Source: an uncultured Acidobacteriota bacterium
GTDB lineage: Bacteria; Acidobacteriota; Thermoanaerobaculia; UBA5066
Reading direction: 5' to 3'
Assembly (NCBI GenBank): GCA_963779415.1
Contig: CAVZYA010000001.1
Location: 1,696,001-1,760,000 of the forward strand
DNA length: 64,000 nucleotides
Positions 20,421-33,770 of this stretch are shown here, piece after piece; position 1 is the stretch's first letter, and every line of letters begins with the position of its first letter. A model generated the notes under the pieces. It ran no database searches. It saw only the letters and a list, made by a program, of their open reading frames with translations, and had not been told where the DNA came from. The position numbers and the translations under genes are program-made.

Positions 20421-21088
20421 ACGAGGATGCGGGTCGACTTCCGGAGATCGTCGGTCCAGCGCGCGATCGCCTCGTTCAGCTTCCGCTCGCGGATCAGCTC
20501 GCGGACCTCGTCGGACACCTCCGCGAGCGGCGGGAGCGTCTCGATCCCTTTCTCGCGCGCCTCGTCGCGGAACGGACCCTCGTAGAACGCGCGGATCTCG
20601 TCGTCGGTCACGCGCACCGTCGGGGCGAGCCTCTCGCGCGTGAAGTTCTCCAGCATCAGGCCTCTCCGGACGAACGCCGTGACCTCCCCGCGCGAGATGC
20701 CGGCGCTCCTCAGGACCTCTTCGAAAGGCATCCCGCGCTCCTTCTCCACGCGCTCGGCGAGCGCCTTCACGCGCCGGTCGACCTCCCCCGGATCGGGTTC
20801 GAGCCCTCCCGTCTTCCGGAGCTCGCGCTCCCGGAGCGCGTCCGTCACGAGCTCGTCGAGAACCCGGCCGCGGTAGGCCTGGTCGCTTTCGTCCGGAAGG
20901 GGGCGCAGGAAGCGGACCGCGACGAGGTTCCGGACCTCGCTCTCGAGGATGATCTCGTCGCCGACGACCGCCGCGATCCGGTCGACGACGACTCCCGGCG
21001 AAGAAGGCGTGGCGGAGGGGGTCGCCGGAGGCGTCGTCGTCCCGAGGGCCAAGAGGAGAGCGAGCGGGGCGGCCGACGCCGGGATCAC
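20408..21088 (-). CDS. SurA N-terminal-domain-like exported chaperone
   Basis: VVDRIAAVVGDEII.SE, VTDDEIRAFY, W..DLRK...I; no parvulin domain seen. Confidence 0.75.
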   Translation of the reverse strand: MIPASAAPLALLLALGTTTPPATPSATPSSPGVVVDRIAAVVGDEIILESEVRNLVAVRFLRPLPDESDQAYRGRVLDELVTDALRERELRKTGGLEPDPGEVDRRVKALAERVEKERGMPFEEVLRSAGISRGEVTAFVRRGLMLENFTRERLAPTVRVTDDEIRAFYEGPFRDEAREKGIETLPPLAEVSDEVRELIRERKLNEAIARWTDDLRKSTRILVYRR

Positions 21089-21123
21089 GGCGCGATCGTA
21101 GCAAGGGGCGCTACGATGCCGGC
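21089..21123. promoter_or_regulatory. Compact bidirectional promoter with two TACGAT -10 boxes
   Basis: ATCGTAGC-N7-GCTACGAT; each TACGAT is 6 nt from a GTG start (21088 minus, 21124 plus). Confidence 0.6.
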
Positions 21124-21861
21124 GTGAGCGGACGGCTCCTCGTCGTGGCGACGCCGATCGGGAATCTCGACGACCTCTCGCCGCGCGCCCGCGAGGCGCT
21201 CTCCGGCGCCGCGGTCGTCTACTGCGAGGACACGCGTCGGACCCAGCACCTCTTCGCGAGGTGGGGCATCGCGACGCCGCGCGTCTCCTGTCACGAGCAC
21301 AACGAGCACCGGCGGATCGCCGAGGCGCTCGCCCGCCTCGAGCGGGGCGAGGCGGTCGCGCTCGTTTCGGACGCCGGGACGCCGGCGGTTTCGGATCCGG
21401 GACAGCGCCTCGTGGCCGCCGCGGCGGCGGCCGGCCACCGCGTGGAGCCGCTGCCGGGCCCCTCGGCCGCCCTCGCGATCCTCTCCGTGAGCGGCTTTCC
21501 GGCGGTCCCCTTCACCTTCCTCGGCTTCCCGCCGGCGCGGCGCGGAGAGCGAGACCGCTGGTTTGCGGCACGGGCCGAACGCGGCGGGACGGTCGTCCTC
21601 TTCGAATCGCCCCACCGGATCGTCGAGTCGCTCGCCGCCCTCGCTGCCGCCTGGGACGATCCCGACGTCGCCGTCGGGCGCGAGCTGACGAAGGTGCACG
21701 AGGAGATCCTCCGGGGCCGGGCCTCGGACGTCGCGAAGCTCCTCGCGGCGCGCCCGGGGGTGAAGGGCGAGCTGGCCGTGGCGATCGCCCCTTCACGTGA
21801 AGCCGAAGCCCCGCCGCGGGAGAGCGCCGCTTCTCAGGACGCGGAGCGGTCCTCGAGCTGA
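21124..21861 (+). CDS. rsmI: 16S rRNA C1402 2'-O-methyltransferase
   Basis: VATPIGNL.D, CEDTR, SDAGTP..SDPG, FESPHR, RELTK.HEE. Confidence 0.95.
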   Translation: MSGRLLVVATPIGNLDDLSPRAREALSGAAVVYCEDTRRTQHLFARWGIATPRVSCHEHNEHRRIAEALARLERGEAVALVSDAGTPAVSDPGQRLVAAAAAAGHRVEPLPGPSAALAILSVSGFPAVPFTFLGFPPARRGERDRWFAARAERGGTVVLFESPHRIVESLAALAAAWDDPDVAVGRELTKVHEEILRGRASDVAKLLAARPGVKGELAVAIAPSREAEAPPRESAASQDAERSSS

Positions 21862-22346
21862 AGGCGACCGTCGGCGGCGAGTCGCGAGGCGAGCGTCCGC
21901 CAATGGACGTCGGGCTGGGCGGCGAACGCGTGGAGGTAGATCGCGGCGTCCCGCGCCGGGAAGCGTGAGAGAAGCGCGTTGACGGCCGCGTCCAGCGTCG
22001 CCTCGGGGGGCTCGGGGACCTCCCCTTCCAACGACAGCTGCGCGCCGTCGTGCGGAAGTCCGGCCGCCTCGAGGAACGTTTCGATCAGCTCCTTCTTCTT
22101 CCGGACGAGCGCGGCCGAGAGGACGAAGAGACCGAGCTCGGAGGCGCGCCGGTCGCGGAGGGTCCGCCTCACGTACGCTTTCCGCGTCTCCTCGGGCAGA
22201 CGCCCGAAGCGGGCGAGGCTGATGTTCTGGAGGGAGAGGACGGCGCCGGCGAGCCGGTCCGGAACGCCTTCGTCCTCGCAGGCCGAAAGGACGATCGCGG
22301 CCGTCTCTTCGGAGGAGAGGGAGCGGAAGAGCTCGTGAGGCTTCAT
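21834..22346 (-). CDS. Hypothetical protein
   Basis: 170-aa ORF with protein-like composition filling the gap; TATCCT lies 8 nt upstream of the ATG. Confidence 0.7.
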   Translation of the reverse strand: MKPHELFRSLSSEETAAIVLSACEDEGVPDRLAGAVLSLQNISLARFGRLPEETRKAYVRRTLRDRRASELGLFVLSAALVRKKKELIETFLEAAGLPHDGAQLSLEGEVPEPPEATLDAAVNALLSRFPARDAAIYLHAFAAQPDVHWRTLASRLAADGRLQLEDRSAS

Positions 22347-22407
22347 CGACGCGGAGGATAAACCGGACCATTTCCGGCGCGGACGGGCCCCCTCGCTTTC
22401 TGCGACA

Positions 22408-25400
22408 ATGGACGGCTTGATTCTTCTCCACGGCGTCTACGTGCCGGAACTCTCCGAGCCTCCTCTCACGGGCTTTCTCCTCTGGGCCGAAGGGGAAGCT
22501 CCGGACGCGCCTCCGCCGGATCGTCACCCGCGCGCCCTTGCGCCCGCCGTGCTGGAGGAGGCGCTTCGCCCGCTCGGCCTCGGCAACGCACCGGCCGGAG
22601 GGGTCCGGGCGGTCACGGCCCGCCTCGCGCTCCCCTCGCGCGGGGGCTGGCCGCTCGCCCCGGCGTCGTTTCTCCGCGATGCGGGAGCCTCGGGTACCCC
22701 GTCTCTCCGCTGGTTCGAGATCTTCGGCCTCCGCCTCACCGCGATCGAGACGCTCGATCTCGTGCCGAACGTCGCGACGAGCCTGCGGGCCCGCCCCCAG
22801 CGGCTGCGATCCGGCGACGACCTCGACTACTGGGCCAAGGCGGCACGATGGGCCTTCGACCTCCTCTTTCGCCGTCGTGTCGCGCCGTCGGCTGACGCCG
22901 TCGCCCCCCTGTGGAAACCCGTCCTTTCCGATCCTGCCGAGCGGGAGCGCCTGCAGCGCTTCGCGGCCGCCCTTCCCCCCGCCGCGCGCACGGCGACGCA
23001 CGCCGCCGAGCACGGTACCGCGCGAGCCGGATCGCTCTTCCCCTCGCCGGTTCGGACCGTTCGCCTCTTTCTCGAGGAGATCACCGACGCGGCGGCCCGC
23101 GAGTTCATCCGGGACGTGGTTCCGTCCGAGCAGCGCCGCGCGGGGAGCGGACCGGAAGCTGTCGTGGCCGCCGCGCTCGCCTCGCCGCCCGGACCTCCTC
23201 TCGAGCCGGAGATCCTCGCGCGCCTCTTCGACTACAGTCTTGGACTTCTCGAGCCGCTTCCGGAAGGAGCGCTCGCTCTCGGGATCCGGGTCGTTCCTCC
23301 TCCGGGTGATGCACCCGACTCGCCGTGGCGCCTCCAATACCACCTCGTCGCCTCCGACGACAACACGATCGAGCTGGACGCGGCAGAGATCTGGGGAATC
23401 AAGGAGGGGGCGATCCGGCGCGCCGGACGGCTCTTCGCGGCGCCCCAGGAGGCGCTCCTCGCCCGCCTCGCCACCGCGTCCACCCTCTCGCCGGTCGTGG
23501 CGCGAAGCCTCGAAGAGCGCCACCCGGCCGACGTTGAGCTGACGCTCGAGGAGGCCTGCGCCTTCCTGACGCGGGAGGCGCCGCTGCTTTCGGAGTCGGG
23601 AGTCCGGGTCCTCCTGCCGAACGAAGGGCGGCTCGCGCGCGTTTCGCTGCGGCTTCACGCTGGCGACGGCGGGCGAGGCGGGGCGCTGACCCGGTTCGGC
23701 CTCGAGACCGTCGTCGATTTCGACTGGCGCGTCGCGGTCGGGGAGACCGTCCTTTCGCCCGAGGAGTTCGAGGAGCTGGCCGCCCGGAAGATCCCGCTCG
23801 TCCCGATCCGCGGCGAGTGGGTCCTTCTCGACCACGAGCATCTCTCGCGAACGCTTCGCCTCTTCGACCGGCGCCCCGCCGGACGGACGACGCTCGGCGA
23901 GTTCCTTCGGCTCGCGAGCGGCCTCGACGCCGAGGCGGGCTCCTATCCGGTGGAGGCCGTCTCCGGCGAAGGATGGCTGAAGGCCTTCCTCGATCCGACG
24001 GAAGCGCGGCGGGAGATCTCCGGTTTCACGGCGCCGGCCGGGCTCGTCGGGACGCTCCGCCCCTACCAGAGCCGGGGGGTCGCCTGGATGCGGTTCCTGA
24101 CGGCGCGCGGCCTCGGCGCCTGCCTCGCGGACGACATGGGCCTCGGCAAGACCGTTCAGTACCTCACGGTCCTCCTCGCAGCCAAGGAGGCGGGAGAGGT
24201 GATCCGCCCTTCCCTGCTCATCTGTCCGACCTCCGTCGCGGAGAACTGGATTACGGAGGCCGCGCGTTTCGCCCCGTCCCTCACGGTCGCCGTCCACCAC
24301 GGTCCCGACCGCGCGGCCGGCGCGGCGTTCGGCGCGCTCCTTCAGCGAACCGACATCCTCGTGACGACGTACGGCCTCGCCCATCGCGACCGCGCCCTCT
24401 TCGGACCGGTCGACTGGCAGTACGTGGCTCTCGACGAGGCGCAGAACGTCAAGAACCCCGCCGCCGCCCAGTCGCGGGCCGTCCGGGCACTCAAGGCGCG
24501 GCGCCGCGCCGCCCTCACCGGGACACCGATGGAGAACCGGCTCTCCGAGCTGAAGTCGATCTTCGACTTCCTGAACCCCGGCCTCCTCGGGACGGACGAC
24601 GAGTTCCGGAGGAGCTTCGCCCTTCCGATCGAGCGCCAGCGGGACCCCGCGGCGACCGAGCGACTCCGCCGCCTGACGGGGCCCTGTCTGCTGCGCCGCG
24701 CGAAGACCGACCCCGGGGTCGTGGCGGACCTCCCCGAGAAGATCGAGACGAAGGAGTTCGTCGGCCTCACCCGCGAGCAGGCGGCGCTCTACCGCGCGAC
24801 GACCCGGGCGCTTCTCACGGGAATCGGGATGGCAAAGGGACGCAGCCGGCGCGCACGGGTCCTTCTCCTCCTGCTTCGCCTGAAGCAGATCTGCGACCAC
24901 CCGGCTCTCCTCGATCCGGCCGAGGGACGCCTCGCCGCGCGCTCGGCGAAGCTCTCCCGCCTCCTCTCCCTGCTCGAGGAGACGAGCGCCGAGCGGCGCC
25001 CCGCTCTCGTCTTCACCCAGTTCGCGCAGATGGGAAAGATCCTCGTCCGCTGCGTCGAGGAGCATTTCGGAAACGAGGTTCTCTTCCTCCACGGCGGGGT
25101 TCCGCGGCGGGCCCGCGCCGACATGGTGCGCCGTTTCCAGGAAGACCTCGACCCGCCGCTCGTCTTCGTCGTCTCGCTTCGCGCCGGCGGGAGCGGCCTG
25201 AACCTGACGCGCGCCTCGCACGTCTTCCACTTCGACCGCTGGTGGAATCCCGCCGTCGAAGAGCAGGCGACCGACCGCGCCTTCCGGATCGGGCAGACGC
25301 AGAACGTCCAGGTCCACAAGTTCGTCTGCCGTGGCACGCTCGAGGAGCGGATCGACCGCCTCCTCGACGAGAAGAAGTACCTGGCCCGGACGATCGTCGG

Positions 25401-25496
25401 CTCCGGGGAAACGTGGCTCGCCGCCCTGACGGACGACGAGATCGCCGATCTCGTTCTCTCTCGCGCGAGGCCGTGGAGATGGAGGCCGACGGATGA
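22408..25496 (+). CDS. SNF2-family helicase/ATPase (one apparent 1-nt deletion near 25454)
   Basis: LRPYQ, LADDMGLGKT, DEAQ, LTGTPMEN, FTQF, GLNLT, DRWWNPA.E.QATDR..RIGQ. The natural end SLSREAVEMEADG* is in the next frame, and its stop overlaps the SWIM ATG. Confidence 0.9.
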
Positions 25497-26311
25497 CGGC
25501 GAGGAGTCCGAGCCTCATGTCGCTTCTTCCGGGCTGGAGGGAGCGCTGGGTCGCCACGCTCCGGGGTTTCGGCTGGGCCGTTCCACTTCCGAAGGGGCGA
25601 ACGGCGCACCTCGAGACCGGACCCGAAGGGGTCGTCGCGACGGTCCGCTCCGGAGGGGCGCCGAATCGCGTCCGGGTCCGCCTCACGCCGCTTCCGCGCC
25701 GCACGTTCGAAGCGGGGATGCGGAAGCTCGCCCTCCGGGCGGCGTCCGCGGCGAGCCTCCTTGCCGGCAGCCTTCCCGCCGACGCGGACTCGGCTTTCTC
25801 CGGCATGCGACACGGGCTTCTTCCCCGTCGTCCCGAGGAGGTCGAGCAGTCATGCAGCTGCGGCGAGGCGCCCCCCTGCAGTCATCTCCTCGCCGTCCAC
25901 TCGGCCATCGCGGCGCGGCTCGCGTCGGATCCTCTTCTTCTCCCGGAGCTTCGAGGCCGGCGCCGGGAGGAGATCGTGGAGACCATGAGACGGCTCCGCC
26001 AGATCGATTCACCGATTGCTTCGGGACCGGCGCTCTCGGGCGGCGCGCCTCGGGAGGAGGCTCCGGCACCTCTTCCGGAGGGGGCGTTCGAGCGGCCCGA
26101 ATGCTTCTTCTCGCCGCTCCTCCCTCTCTCGTCCCTCGTCATCTCTTCGTCCTCGGGCGAGCCGACCGACACGATACCGGCGCGCCTCGGTCCTCCTCCG
26201 TTCTCCGATCCGGAAGCTTCCCGACTCGTCGAGGACTTTCACCGGGCCATCGGGCTCGGTGCCGCGGAGCGCCTCGCGGAGTGGGATTGGCGGCGCGCGG
26301 GGAAGAGCTGA
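25493..26311 (+). CDS. SWIM zinc-finger protein
   Basis: CSC....PCSH, DPLLL..LRG; adjacent to SNF2. Confidence 0.8.
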   Translation: MTARSPSLMSLLPGWRERWVATLRGFGWAVPLPKGRTAHLETGPEGVVATVRSGGAPNRVRVRLTPLPRRTFEAGMRKLALRAASAASLLAGSLPADADSAFSGMRHGLLPRRPEEVEQSCSCGEAPPCSHLLAVHSAIAARLASDPLLLPELRGRRREEIVETMRRLRQIDSPIASGPALSGGAPREEAPAPLPEGAFERPECFFSPLLPLSSLVISSSSGEPTDTIPARLGPPPFSDPEASRLVEDFHRAIGLGAAERLAEWDWRRAGKS

Positions 26312-26315
26312 GGAT

Positions 26316-27758
26316 TCAGCGCCCGGCGCGGGCGAGAAGCCACGCCTCCATCAGCAAGAACCCTCCCCCGATGCCGCTCTTGGCGCCACGATCGACGCCG
26401 GAGAGGTCCCGGAGCGACCGCACCAGCTCCTCGAGCGTCCAGCCTTCCAGCGCTTGAAACGAGCGGAAGAGAAGGTACGGATGAACGTCGGCGGAAAGCG
26501 GTGGCGCGCCGTTCCGGACGGCGCGGAGCGAGGGAAGGAGTCTGTCGGCGAAACCGCGGTAGTCGAGCCGGCGCCCTTTTCCGGGCTCGATCCCGCGGTC
26601 GGCGAGCGCGGCCTTGAGGAGGAGCATTCGCCGCAGGTCGGCCGCGAGAAGGCCGAGGATCGGGAAGAAGGCCGACTCCCCTCGCGGCCCCTTCCGCGGC
26701 GGGGAGCCGTCCCCGCGTCCTCCCGTCGGGCGGAACGCCGTGAACTCGCCTCCCGAGAGGAGCCTCTCCAGGATCCGGATCGCCTCGACGAACCGTCGGC
26801 CCGCGACCGCCTCGACGAAATCCGAGCCGTACTCCTTCCGTTCGTCCGCCACGAGCCTCCCGGCGTCCTCCTCCGTCACACGCTCTCCCCCCGCCCCGTC
26901 GATGAGCCGGTCGAGGTCGAGAAGAAACGCGCGCGCGGCGAGCCGGCCGCGGGAGGTCAGGAGGGCGAAGACCTCGGCGTCGACGAGCGCTCCCCGCTCG
27001 ATCGCCCGCTCCGCGCCGAGAGCGACGAGCCGCTCCTGCCGCTCCTCGTCCGAGCCCGCGGACAAGTCCGCCGCGATCCCCGCACGCCGGAGCTCCCCCG
27101 CGATGCCGTGCTCTGCGTCCGGCGAGACCGCGAAGACGACCAGCGCGTTGTCGCCCGGGGTGGAGCGCGACGCGTAGTCGGCGAGCGGCGCCGCCGAGAC
27201 GACGCCGGTTGCGCCGGACTCCGCCGCGAGAACGAGGAGGCGTGAGAGTTCGGCGGCCCTCTCGCTCCGTCTCACCCTTCCCGCGAGACGCCGGGCGGCC
27301 TCCTCGGGATTTTCGGACGCGTCGATTCCCGCCGCGGCGGCGAGCGCCGCGGCGCGGCGGGCGGCACGCAGGTGGGCCGCCGTTGCGGAGCCGCCCGGCT
27401 CCGCGGGCTCGGATTCCGCCGCGTCGTCCAGCACCGCCTCCAGCTCCTCCGCCGTCAGATTGCGGGCCCGGAGGATCTCCGTCGCGTCGAGGACGACGAG
27501 CCGGTTCGTCGCGAACAGAGCCACGGTCGCCGCGTCCGCGACGGCCTCGCTCACGCCTCCCGCCGAGCCGTCGTAGGAGGCGACCTCCCCCTCGACGAAG
27601 GCCTCGCGAAAGGCAGCGGTCAGCCGCCGGACCGCCTCCGAGACGATCCCGTCGTCGTCCCCCGCGACGAAGAGGAGAGGAGGAAGCGGAGAGCGCCGTA
27701 CGGCCGCGAGAAGAGGCGAAAGCGCCGCGAAGGGATCAGACCTCGAACGCGAACTCAC
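26316..27758 (-). CDS. holA: DNA polymerase III delta subunit-like protein, elongated
   Basis: LFVAGDD, T.ALFA..RLVV, LDRL...VTEED..RLV, HPY.L, L..L..VDR..KSG. Confidence 0.6.
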   Translation of the reverse strand: MSSRSRSDPFAALSPLLAAVRRSPLPPLLFVAGDDDGIVSEAVRRLTAAFREAFVEGEVASYDGSAGGVSEAVADAATVALFATNRLVVLDATEILRARNLTAEELEAVLDDAAESEPAEPGGSATAAHLRAARRAAALAAAAGIDASENPEEAARRLAGRVRRSERAAELSRLLVLAAESGATGVVSAAPLADYASRSTPGDNALVVFAVSPDAEHGIAGELRRAGIAADLSAGSDEERQERLVALGAERAIERGALVDAEVFALLTSRGRLAARAFLLDLDRLIDGAGGERVTEEDAGRLVADERKEYGSDFVEAVAGRRFVEAIRILERLLSGGEFTAFRPTGGRGDGSPPRKGPRGESAFFPILGLLAADLRRMLLLKAALADRGIEPGKGRRLDYRGFADRLLPSLRAVRNGAPPLSADVHPYLLFRSFQALEGWTLEELVRSLRDLSGVDRGAKSGIGGGFLLMEAWLLARAGR

Positions 27759-27782
27759 CAGGCCGATCCTATGACGTGTGAC

Positions 27783-27847
27783 GGGGGGAGCGCGGGGGGT
27801 GCGAACCCGGCCTCATGGTTCGCGCCGACGGACCACGCACCCTCCGC
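27783..27847 (-). repeat. REP-like GC hairpin repeat, copy 1
   Basis: 22 nt (27790-27811, minus strand GCCGGGTTCGCACCCCCCGCGC) identical to 62284-62305; stem GCGGAGGGTGCG/CGCACCCCCCGC. Confidence 0.7.
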
Positions 27848-27850
27848 GAA

Positions 27851-28240
27851 TCAGATCAACCCCTTGTCTTGTAACTCCTGGCAGTCGAGGCAGTGGCGCG
27901 CCCACGGAACGGCCTCGAGCCGCTTCTCCTGGCAGGGCTGGTTGCAGTGGACGCAGGTGCCGAACGTCCCCGCGTCGAGACGCTCGATCGCCTGCTCGAT
28001 CAGGAGGAGGATCCGGCGGTCGTTCTCCGAAAGGGAGTAGGCGAACTCCTTCGTGTAGGCCGACGTCGCGCGGTCCACCATGTCCTGGGCGGACTCGTCC
28101 GTCGTTTCGTCGGTCACCTCGCGGTTCTTCGCGAGGTCCTTCAGGAGCTCCTCCCGCTTGGCGAGGAGACGCTTCCGGGCCTTTTCGTGCCCGTCCTTCT
28201 TGGCGATCTTGACTGCCACCGTGGCGCTCTTGGGAGCCAT
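27851..28240 (-). CDS. TraR/DksA family transcription factor
   Basis: DMVDRA (DxxDxA) coiled-coil tip; CVHC...RLEAVPWARHCLDC zinc finger. Confidence 0.9.
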   Translation of the reverse strand: MAPKSATVAVKIAKKDGHEKARKRLLAKREELLKDLAKNREVTDETTDESAQDMVDRATSAYTKEFAYSLSENDRRILLLIEQAIERLDAGTFGTCVHCNQPCQEKRLEAVPWARHCLDCQELQDKGLI

Positions 28241-28257
28241 CGTCTGGAATCCCCCGG

Positions 28258-28724
28258 TCACTTGGAATACGCGACACCCCGAAGCGTCGCGACCGCCCGA
28301 TAGACCTGCTCTACCAGAACGAGCCGTGCGAGCTGATGGGGCAGGGTCATTCGGGAGAGCGGGAGGATAGCACGCGCCTGCCGCCGGAGAGCCGGGTCCA
28401 GCCCGTAGGCGCCTCCGACGGCGAAGACCACCGCCGAAGGGGAGGAATCGAGCCAGAGCCGGAGTTCCGCGGCAAACTCGCCGCTCGTCCGCTCCGGACC
28501 GGACTCATCGGCGAGAACGAGGAGATCCCGGGGCCGGAGGGCCGAAAGAACCCGCTCGGCCTCGGCCTTCCGGATCCGCGCCGCGTCCGGCTTCGACCCC
28601 GGCTTCTTTTCCTTCACGACGGCGATCTCGGCAGGGACGAAACGGGAGATCCGCTCCACGTACCGCGCGATCCCGCGGGCGTACTCGGCGTCGTCGCTCT
28701 TCCCGACGAAGAGAAATCGGATCT

Positions 28725-28728
<4 letters not shown>
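28258..28728 (-). CDS. rlmH: 23S rRNA pseudouridine-1915 N3-methyltransferase
   Basis: KIRFLFVGK, F.VGGAYGL, LSRMTLPHQLARLVLVEQVYRA; GTG start. Confidence 0.93.
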
Positions 28729-29675
<947 letters not shown>

Positions 29676-29679
29676 CGCC

Positions 29680-30107
29680 CTAGCTGAAGCGAGCGGTCGC
29701 GTCGGGCGCGTCGCCCCAGAGCCGGTCGAGTCCGTAGAAGCGCCGGGCCTCCTCGTGGAAGATGTGAAAGACGGCGTCGCCGTAATCGAGGAGAATCCAG
29801 CGGGCGCGCTGGTAGCCCTCCTTCGAGAGCGGTCGCCGCCCTTCCGCCTTCATCGCCTGCTCGACGGCGTCGGCGAGCGCCTGCGCCTGCCGGTCGCTCG
29901 TGGCCGACGCGAGGACGAAGTAGTCGGACATGGCCGTCAACCCGCCGAGGTTGAGGACGACCAGCTTTTCGGCCTTCTTGTCGAGGAGCGCGGCCACGGC
30001 GCTCTTCACCTGCGCGACGAGCCGATCGTCGGCGGCCGCCGCGGCCCCGCCCCTTTCGGGCGGGGGCTCCGGAAACGGAACGGGAATCGGCGGAGGAGCG
30101 CCGGAGA

Positions 30108-30111
<4 letters not shown>
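29680..30111 (-). CDS. rsfS: Ribosome silencing factor (start uncertain, 30009-30111)
   Basis: DKKAE, DYFVLASA.SDRQ, WILLDYGD.V.HIF..EAR.FY.LDRLW. Confidence 0.92.
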
Positions 30112-31810
<1,699 letters not shown>

Positions 31811-32080
31811 TCAGTTCGACGCGGGGGGAACCGGCGTGACGCTGATGAAGCGGCCGAGACGACCCTTGTCGTGGAACTGGACGATGCCCGGCACCTTCGC
31901 GAAGAGCGAGTCGTCCTTCGCGCGTCCGACGTTCGTTCCCGGCTTCAGGGGCGTCCCGCGCTGGCGCACGAGGATCGATCCTCCGGTGACGAGCTGACCC
32001 GCGAAGCGTTTCACGCCGAGCCGCTGGCTGTTGCTGTCCCGCCCGTTCCGGGAGGAACCCTGACCTTTCTTGTGAGCCAT
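31811..32080 (-). CDS. rpmA: 50S ribosomal protein L27
   Basis: [16 protein letters not shown]. Confidence 0.98.
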   Translation of the reverse strand: MAHKKGQGSSRNGRDSNSQRLGVKRFAGQLVTGGSILVRQRGTPLKPGTNVGRAKDDSLFAKVPGIVQFHDKGRLGRFISVTPVPPASN

Positions 32081-32102
32081 GGTGAAGACCTCCGCCGGCG
32101 TC

Positions 32103-32423
32103 TCAGGCCGTGATGGACGCGATCCGGATCTCGACGAGGTTCTGCCGGTGTCCGTGCATCCGTTTGAACTGCTTCCGGCGCTTCTTCTTGAAGACGATCA
32201 GCCGGGGGCCGCGCATCTCGCGGACGACGACCCCCTTGACGGACGCCCCGGGAACGAGCGGCGTGCCGAGGTGCAGGCCGTCGTCCTTGCCGATGGCGAG
32301 GACCTCGGAGAGGACGACTTCGGCCCCCTTCACGAGGGGCTCTTTCGTGAGGCGCTCGACACGGACCACGTCCCCTTCGGCGACGCGGACCTGCTTGCCC
32401 CCCGACTGGATCACGGCGTACAT
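32103..32423 (-). CDS. rplU: 50S ribosomal protein L21
   Basis: [26 protein letters not shown]. Confidence 0.97.
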   Translation of the reverse strand: MYAVIQSGGKQVRVAEGDVVRVERLTKEPLVKGAEVVLSEVLAIGKDDGLHLGTPLVPGASVKGVVVREMRGPRLIVFKKKRRKQFKRMHGHRQNLVEIRIASITA

Positions 32424-32457
32424 GGTTTCGAAACCTCCCCAAAGACAAGGGCCCGAG

Positions 32458-32486
32458 AAGGTACCACCGCGGACCCGAACTGTCAA
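32458..32486 (-). promoter_or_regulatory. sigma70-type promoter of the rplU-rpmA-obgE operon
   Basis: Minus strand TTGACA-17 nt-TACCTT. Confidence 0.7.
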
Positions 32487-32498
32487 AGTCCGGCCCGC

Positions 32499-32960
32499 TC
32501 AGGGCTTTCCGCCCTCGGTCACGTCGTTCGGAAGCTCGTCGACGTCCCTCTCGCCGGAAGGTCTCGGAAAGTGCTTCGCGAGAATGTCTCCGATCCGGTC
32601 GACGGCCGACACGATTCCCTCGGCGAAACGCCCTTCCGCGAAGCGGGCTGCGGCCGCGTCTCGCGCCGCGAGCCAGAAGGCGTCCCCCACCTTCTCGTGG
32701 ACGGCCACGTCCCCGATGACGGCGAACGACCTCTCGTCCGGCACGATGAAGATGAGGCACCCCGTCCGGTGAACGGTCCGGTTCATCCCGAGCTTCAGAA
32801 AGGTCGCTTCCGCCGCTTTCCGGACATCCCCGACACGGCCGTGCTGGAGGTGGACCCGGATCTCGCCGCGCCCCTTCGCCTCGGCCCGCCGGATCGCCTC
32901 GACGATCGCGGGGCGGTCGAGATTTTCGAAGAACTCTCTCGCGCCCGATTTCTTCGCCAT
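32499..32960 (-). CDS. TPM domain protein (short type)
   Basis: AI..AE...GEIRVH, F.VIGD, HFP, ELPN. Confidence 0.85.
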   Translation of the reverse strand: MAKKSGAREFFENLDRPAIVEAIRRAEAKGRGEIRVHLQHGRVGDVRKAAEATFLKLGMNRTVHRTGCLIFIVPDERSFAVIGDVAVHEKVGDAFWLAARDAAAARFAEGRFAEGIVSAVDRIGDILAKHFPRPSGERDVDELPNDVTEGGKP

Positions 32961-32968
32961 GGCCCTCC

Positions 32969-33718
32969 TCACCAGCTTCCGCTCGCGCCGCCGCCGCCAA
33001 ACGAGCCCCCTCCGCCCGAGAATCCGCCCCCTCCCCCGCCCCAGCCGCCACCGCCTCCGAAGCCGCCACCCCCAAAGCCTCCCCCGCCGATGTACCAGTA
33101 CCGGCCGCGGCGGCCTCCCCCGGCCCCGAGGCCACCGAAGACCATCGGGAGGACGAGAAAGAGGACGAGGAGGACGACCCAGAAAGGAATTCCGCTTTCG
33201 CGGCGCGACGAGGTCCGCCGGCTGGTCCCGACGTACTCCCCTTTCGTGGCGGCGATCGCGCCGTCGACGGCGGCCTTGACGCCGCCATCCCAGTCGCCCG
33301 CCCGGAAGTGCGGAATCGCCTCGTCCCGGAGGATCCTCCCCGCGAGGGCATCGGGAAGACTCCCTTCGAGGCCGTAACCGACCTCGAAGCGGGCCGACCT
33401 CGATTCCGGAAAGACAAAGAGGACGAGGCCGTTGTTCCGGACCTTGTCGCCCGCCCGCCACGCCCGGGCCACCGCCACCGTGAACTCTTCGAGCGTCGTC
33501 CCATCGGGGATCCGGCGATCGATGTAGACGAGAAACTGGTTCGAGGTGGCGGCTTCGAACTCCCTCAGGCGGCTCTCGAGCGACGCGCGCACCCCCGGCG
33601 AGAGGACCCCTGCCCGGTCCGTCACGAACTCCTTCGGGACGGGCGGCACGACGGGCGCCGCCGCGATCGAGACGGCGAGGAGCGCGAGCCCGAGGAAGAG
33701 CGACGCCGGGCGCTTCAT
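32969..33718 (-). CDS. TPM domain (YgcG-like) membrane protein with Gly-rich tail
   Basis: VTDRAGVL, EVGYGLEG.LPD, TM helix, FSGGGGSFGGGGASGSW. Confidence 0.9.
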   Translation of the reverse strand: MKRPASLFLGLALLAVSIAAAPVVPPVPKEFVTDRAGVLSPGVRASLESRLREFEAATSNQFLVYIDRRIPDGTTLEEFTVAVARAWRAGDKVRNNGLVLFVFPESRSARFEVGYGLEGSLPDALAGRILRDEAIPHFRAGDWDGGVKAAVDGAIAATKGEYVGTSRRTSSRRESGIPFWVVLLVLFLVLPMVFGGLGAGGGRRGRYWYIGGGGFGGGGFGGGGGWGGGGGGFSGGGGSFGGGGASGSW

Positions 33719-33770
33719 GCGGGAGACCTCGCTTCCCGGGAGGCGCCTTCGCACCCCCCGAGAGGACGGT

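Noticed and set aside
25497-26457. Apparent 320-aa C-terminal extension of SNF2 (1349-aa ORF)
   Set aside because: It overlaps the SWIM gene and is low-complexity; a single missing base near 25454 explains it.
27783-27847. CCGGGTTCGCACCC as a tRNA T-arm
   Set aside because: No cloverleaf, anticodon arm or CCA; it recurs as part of an intergenic hairpin repeat.
32969-33090. GGC-rich tandem repeat
   Set aside because: Ordinary Gly-rich tail of YgcG/TPM proteins.
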